The notes beneath the pieces were generated by a model. It did no database searches. It worked only from the letters and a program-made list of their open reading frames with translations, and had not been told where the DNA came from. A stretch of DNA of 64,000 nt from Cyanobacteriota bacterium (lineage in GTDB: Bacteria > Cyanobacteriota > Cyanobacteriia > PCC-6307 > Cyanobiaceae). The position numbers and the translations under genes were made by a program. Each line of letters opens with the position of its first letter. The stretch's first letter is position 1. Location: NCBI GenBank assembly GCA_046052125.1, contig JBJOMY010000004.1, positions 224,001 through 288,000 on the forward strand, given 5' to 3'. Below, in pieces: positions 63,315 to 64,000 of this stretch.

Positions 63315-64000
63315 GTGGACCTACTCCAGTCTCTCGGTCAGCTGCAGAAGCCCGAGGCCACCCATTTCGATGTGTTGATCATCGGCAGTGGTGCGGGCGG
63401 TGGAACGTTGGCCCGTGTGCTGGCACCAACTGGGTTGAGAATCCTCATCCTGGAGCGCGGCGACTGGCTCCCACAGGAAGCGCAGAACTGGGATGCGGAT
63501 GCCGTGTTCCAGAAGGGCCGTTATCTCTCCAAGGACATCTGGTACGACGGCAAGGGGAATCCATTTCAGCCCGGCACCCACTACTTCGTTGGTGGTGCCA
63601 CAAAGATGTATGGCGCCCACCACTTCCGCCTCAGGCAGCGCGATTTTGAGGAGCTGGAGCACCACGATGGTGTTTCGCCGGCTTGGCCTCTGCGCTACAG
63701 CGATTTTGAGCCTTGGTATCAACAAGCCGAAGCCATGTATCACGTGCATGGCCTGCGTGGCGAGGACCCAACAGATCCGCCCAGCTCATCGCCTTATCCC
63801 CACCCGCCGATCTCTCACGAGCCTCGGATTCAGAAGCTGGCTGATGATCTGCGCAGTGCCGGGTTGCACCCGTTCCATGCACCCAGTGGGGTGATGCTCG
63901 ATGAAAGCAACATGCCCTACAGCCGTTGCCGGCGTTGTAACAACTGCGATGGATTCCCTTGTCTGGTGCACGCCAAGGGGGATGCGGAGGTGTGCGGCGT
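63315..64000 (+). CDS. Second GMC-family oxidoreductase, 3'-truncated by window edge (not in ORF track)
   Basis: GTG start; HFDVLIIGSGAGGG, LERG, VGGATKMYG, CRRCNNCDGFPC; frame open to 64000. Confidence 0.92.
   Translation, partial: MDLLQSLGQLQKPEATHFDVLIIGSGAGGGTLARVLAPTGLRILILERGDWLPQEAQNWDADAVFQKGRYLSKDIWYDGKGNPFQPGTHYFVGGATKMYGAHHFRLRQRDFEELEHHDGVSPAWPLRYSDFEPWYQQAEAMYHVHGLRGEDPTDPPSSSPYPHPPISHEPRIQKLADDLRSAGLHPFHAPSGVMLDESNMPYSRCRRCNNCDGFPCLVHAKGDAEVCG

Overview
A GC-rich chromosomal window from a picocyanobacterium (Synechococcus/Cyanobium group), judged from the hyper-conserved protein PSHCP, ndhL, ebsA, cyAbrB and Som-type porins. It is gene-dense, and I see no CRISPR array, IS element, integrase or prophage. 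Blocks in order: (1) gltX, tRNA-Asp, PSHCP, tRNA-Trp, rplS, map and other core genes (1-8.3 kb). (2) 5-oxoprolinase and gamma-glutamyltransferase facing a Liv-type ABC importer that follows hemL (8.3-19.6 kb). (3) glcD, xth and hypothetical genes. (4) An 11 kb multi-metal locus with larC, fur, an unannotated 48-aa membrane peptide, hupE under a cobalamin riboswitch, a His-rich COG0523 GTPase, a decayed porin, dps, znuA, a porin, znuC, zur, znuB and an M23 peptidase; two matching Zur/Fur-like boxes lie within it. (5) queD, hisIE, an RND pump, a group-2 sigma factor, Nif11-cupin, cyAbrB, an SbcCD-like pair, a c6-like cytochrome, trpA, ndhL and tRNA-Leu. (6) From 54.7 kb to the window end, a tightly coupled operon: two DUF2231 membrane proteins, a CuA-less heme-copper oxidase (ARTO), a GMC flavoprotein that appears to lack its catalytic and Fe-S residues, a GH63-like glucosidase, and a second GMC that keeps the Cys motif. 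Block 6 is the best candidate for an undescribed sugar/osmolyte-to-oxygen respiratory module. All calls are by-eye motif recognition; no database search was run.
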